A DNA stretch of 19,405 bases from positions 1-19,405 of the forward strand of contig JBIJBT010000054.1 in NCBI GenBank assembly GCA_044345055.1, in the 5' to 3' direction. The notes beneath the pieces were generated by a model that was given only the letters and a program-made list of their open reading frames with translations, searched no databases and was not told the DNA's origin. How positions within the stretch are numbered: the first letter of the stretch is position 1; each line of letters begins with the position of its first letter. Both the position numbers and the translations under genes were made by a program. Of this stretch, positions 16,949 to 19,405 are shown piece by piece. Source of the DNA: Bdellovibrionota bacterium. Its GTDB lineage: Bacteria; Bdellovibrionota_C; UBA2361; OMIW01.

Positions 16949-18271
16949 ATGTATCGAACACGAAATGCGCCATCACGACACTCGATAATAGGTGGTAGAT
17001 CTCTTTTTTTTCGTTTTATTTTTTTCATCCTGTGTGGGGTGATTTTAGCAAGAGGTTTTGATTCCACACCAGCTGCTGCTCTCGAACCGGCGCTCATCAG
17101 GAGTATTGTTGTTTTGCGAACCGACTCTGGTGGCTGTGCGACCGGATTTCGGTTTGGTGATGACCTCGTTATTACCGCATCGCACTTTGTCGAGACACTC
17201 TGTCCGGGGGGGGGGTGCGCTCCGGTGACAGTCCTCTCTGCGCCGGATATCGGCAAGCCGGTTACGGACTCGCCACTCGTGGTCGAAGCCCCCGCAGTAA
17301 GGTGGCTCTTCAAAGAGTTTGATGCCGCCGCAATCGCATTTCCCAGCCAAAGCAAACTTCCTCCATCTTTTCTTCAATTCACCGAAACGGAGCCCTCTTC
17401 CAACGATGAACTTTTTTCCCTCGGCTTTCCCGGATGTCGCAATCTCGAGCTCTCCTCTGGCACCCTCTCTGATTCGACCCCTCTTGGATGGCACAGCTCG
17501 ATTCGGGGTGCAAAGGGTTCAAGTGGTGCTCCCGTTTTTACCGGAAAAGGCCATATTGTCGGCCTTATTAGGGGTGCAGCAACGCTTTTTGACGGTGTTC
17601 GGAGCACACTTTTTGGCAGCACGTTTGCGAGCGAGGTGATGCGGCTCAAGGAGCCAATTACCTGGAGCAGATTATCCGAGATAGCCGCGCTCGAAGCTGC
17701 GACCGATCACGCAATCGCATTTCATAAAACCACCGTTCTTACCGCCCAAGGTCACGATCGGCTTTGGCAGAGTCTTGCCTTTGGGCACATGGTTGATGCT
17801 ATCTCAGTTCGGGCAGCAAATAACGGATCAACCATACCGTATGCCCATCGCTTGCTCGGTGCACCTTTTTCACTCCATCAGTCACAGTCAGCCTCAAATC
17901 CCCTCGAAATCGCATTAAATGAACTAGCTCTCCGCAATCTTTTAGAAAAGCAAGGAGAATCGGCCTACAAAGCTCCCGAAAAAAACGACTCTTCCGAGCA
18001 GGTCACCTACAACGAAGTTGTCTCCGAATTCCGTAAAAGTCACTTTCCTGGTTCAGAGATAATGCAGCTCACCCTCGCGATTACCTACGGCACCGCGCTT
18101 GCCATCCTTCTCCTTTTATGGGGCGTCTCAATAGGATTTGCATTCGGTCGCCTCCACCCCCTCCCCCTTTGGCGTCGAATCACAATCGCCCTAGCCGTCA
18201 GCCTCTGCGCCTGGCCCCTCTCTCTTTTGCTGCTGAATGTGTGGCTTCGGCGGAATAAGGGGATTGGGTGA
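16949..18271 (+). CDS. trypsin-like (S1) serine protease, exported and C-terminally membrane-anchored
   Basis: Catalytic triad motifs VITASHFV (His), FDAAAI (Asp) and GSSGAPV (Ser), plus LGFPG. It has an N-terminal hydrophobic signal-like segment and two C-terminal TM-like segments. Start uncertain. Confidence 0.8.
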   Translation: MYRTRNAPSRHSIIGGRSLFFRFIFFILCGVILARGFDSTPAAALEPALIRSIVVLRTDSGGCATGFRFGDDLVITASHFVETLCPGGGCAPVTVLSAPDIGKPVTDSPLVVEAPAVRWLFKEFDAAAIAFPSQSKLPPSFLQFTETEPSSNDELFSLGFPGCRNLELSSGTLSDSTPLGWHSSIRGAKGSSGAPVFTGKGHIVGLIRGAATLFDGVRSTLFGSTFASEVMRLKEPITWSRLSEIAALEAATDHAIAFHKTTVLTAQGHDRLWQSLAFGHMVDAISVRAANNGSTIPYAHRLLGAPFSLHQSQSASNPLEIALNELALRNLLEKQGESAYKAPEKNDSSEQVTYNEVVSEFRKSHFPGSEIMQLTLAITYGTALAILLLLWGVSIGFAFGRLHPLPLWRRITIALAVSLCAWPLSLLLLNVWLRRNKGIG

Positions 18272-18516
18272 AGCGGGATAAAAACGGAAATTTTTTAGGT
18301 TGTGGCGATTTTTTCAGTGGCGTTTCGGAAGTTCGTTAAAGCGCAGAACGTAGACTACCCACCTCCCCACCGCCGGTGCTATAACCCGCTTCACCCACCG
18401 GACGTGAGCGACCCTCCACCCGGAGAGCCGCCGGCCTGCTGCGCTGGGGGCTTTTCTCAGCTTACCAAACGCAACCCAAAATAACACCCACCTCCCATCA
18501 CCAAAAGGAGCAAGCT

Positions 18517-19405
18517 ATGTCCTCCACCATCACCTCGCTAGGCGGATATATCCACGAATATCAGAAGAGCATTCTTAACCCAGCTCAGTTCTGGGAGCAG
18601 ATTGCGGAGGAGTTTTTTTGGCGAAAACGGTGGGATGTGGCGCTTTCTCATGATTTTTCGGAGCCCCGAGTTGAGTGGTTTCGCGGGGGAAAGCTCAATA
18701 TTGTCGAGAATTGTCTCGATCGGCATCTCTTCACCCGAGGAGATCAGCCAGCGATCATTTTTGAACCCAACAACGGCACCGGTGCCGCTCCGGAGCCGTC
18801 CCGCACTCTCACTTACCGACAGCTCCACACCGAAGTTTGCCGGGCAACGCAGGCGCTCGCGCGGCTCGGGGTGCGGCACGGAGACCGGGTTGCTATATAC
18901 CTTCCACTGATACCAGAGGCGATCATCGCGATGCTTGCGTGCGCGCGGCTTGGGGCGGTCCACTCGGTCGTCTTCGGTGGTTTTTCTCCCCAAGCGCTTC
19001 GGGAGCGAACCAACGACTGCGGCGCGCGGGTGCTGATTACCGCCGACGGCGCTTATCGGGGCGAAAAGGAGGTAGCACTCAAAGCAGCCGCAGATGAGGC
19101 GCTGCTGGGTTGTCCTGAGGTCACCGATGTGCTGGTCGTCAGGCGCACGGGAGCCGCAATCTCGATGATGAAGGGGGAACAGGGACATCGCCGCGATCAC
19201 TGGTGGCACGAAGCGCTTGACTCGTCAGAATCGACGCACGAGGCGGTGGCGACCGATGCCGAGGATATGCTCTTCGTGTTGTACACCTCCGGTTCGACCG
19301 GAAAGCCCAAGGGGGTAGTTCACACCGTCGGCGGCTACATGGTGTACACAGCGTACACATTCCAGAATGTGTTTCAGTGCCGCAGCGGACACGGGTCAGG
19401 CGGTT
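18517..19405 (+). CDS. acs: acetyl-CoA synthetase, 5' part (runs off the right edge)
   Basis: Manual translation from ATG 18517 (AAGGAG RBS) gives MSSTITSLGGYIHEYQKSILNPAQFW...WFRGGKLNIVENCLDRHL...MLACARLGAVHSVVFGGFS...LYTSGSTGKPKGVVH, including the AMP-binding signature. Absent from the ORF track. Confidence 0.96.
   Translation, partial: MSSTITSLGGYIHEYQKSILNPAQFWEQIAEEFFWRKRWDVALSHDFSEPRVEWFRGGKLNIVENCLDRHLFTRGDQPAIIFEPNNGTGAAPEPSRTLTYRQLHTEVCRATQALARLGVRHGDRVAIYLPLIPEAIIAMLACARLGAVHSVVFGGFSPQALRERTNDCGARVLITADGAYRGEKEVALKAAADEALLGCPEVTDVLVVRRTGAAISMMKGEQGHRRDHWWHEALDSSESTHEAVATDAEDMLFVLYTSGSTGKPKGVVHTVGGYMVYTAYTFQNVFQCRSGHGSGG

Noticed and set aside
18538..19209. 223-aa minus-strand ORF, and the other short ORFs nested in suf, gap, suc, gndA and the protease
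   Set aside because: These are shadow frames of well-supported genes (here acs) with no independent motifs.

Overview
Bacterial chromosomal window of mostly housekeeping genes at roughly 50% GC. From left to right it contains: the 5' end of an Rrf2-family regulator (minus strand, truncated at the window edge and missed by the ORF track), divergent from a stand-alone sufB-sufC-sufD operon with an IscR-type palindrome between them; a minus-strand unit of gap, tpiA and a GT-C membrane glycosyltransferase, without pgk; a small orphan helical ORF; a minus-strand unit of sucC, sucD and an ArnT-like glycosyltransferase; a divergent hypothetical protein, possibly a degenerate TIM barrel; gndA; a membrane-anchored trypsin-like serine protease with an in-frame G10 tract; and the 5' part of acs (truncated, missed by the ORF track, GC-richer than the rest). 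I found no rRNA, tRNA, CRISPR array or transposase. I see no clearly new multi-gene system. The best leads are regulatory or non-coding: an RsrR-like (E8/H12) Rrf2 protein paired with an IscR type-1 box and sufBCD, a branched RNA-like structure in the suf leader, long strand-specific G-U hairpins, a REP doublet and three intergenic G-quadruplex motifs.
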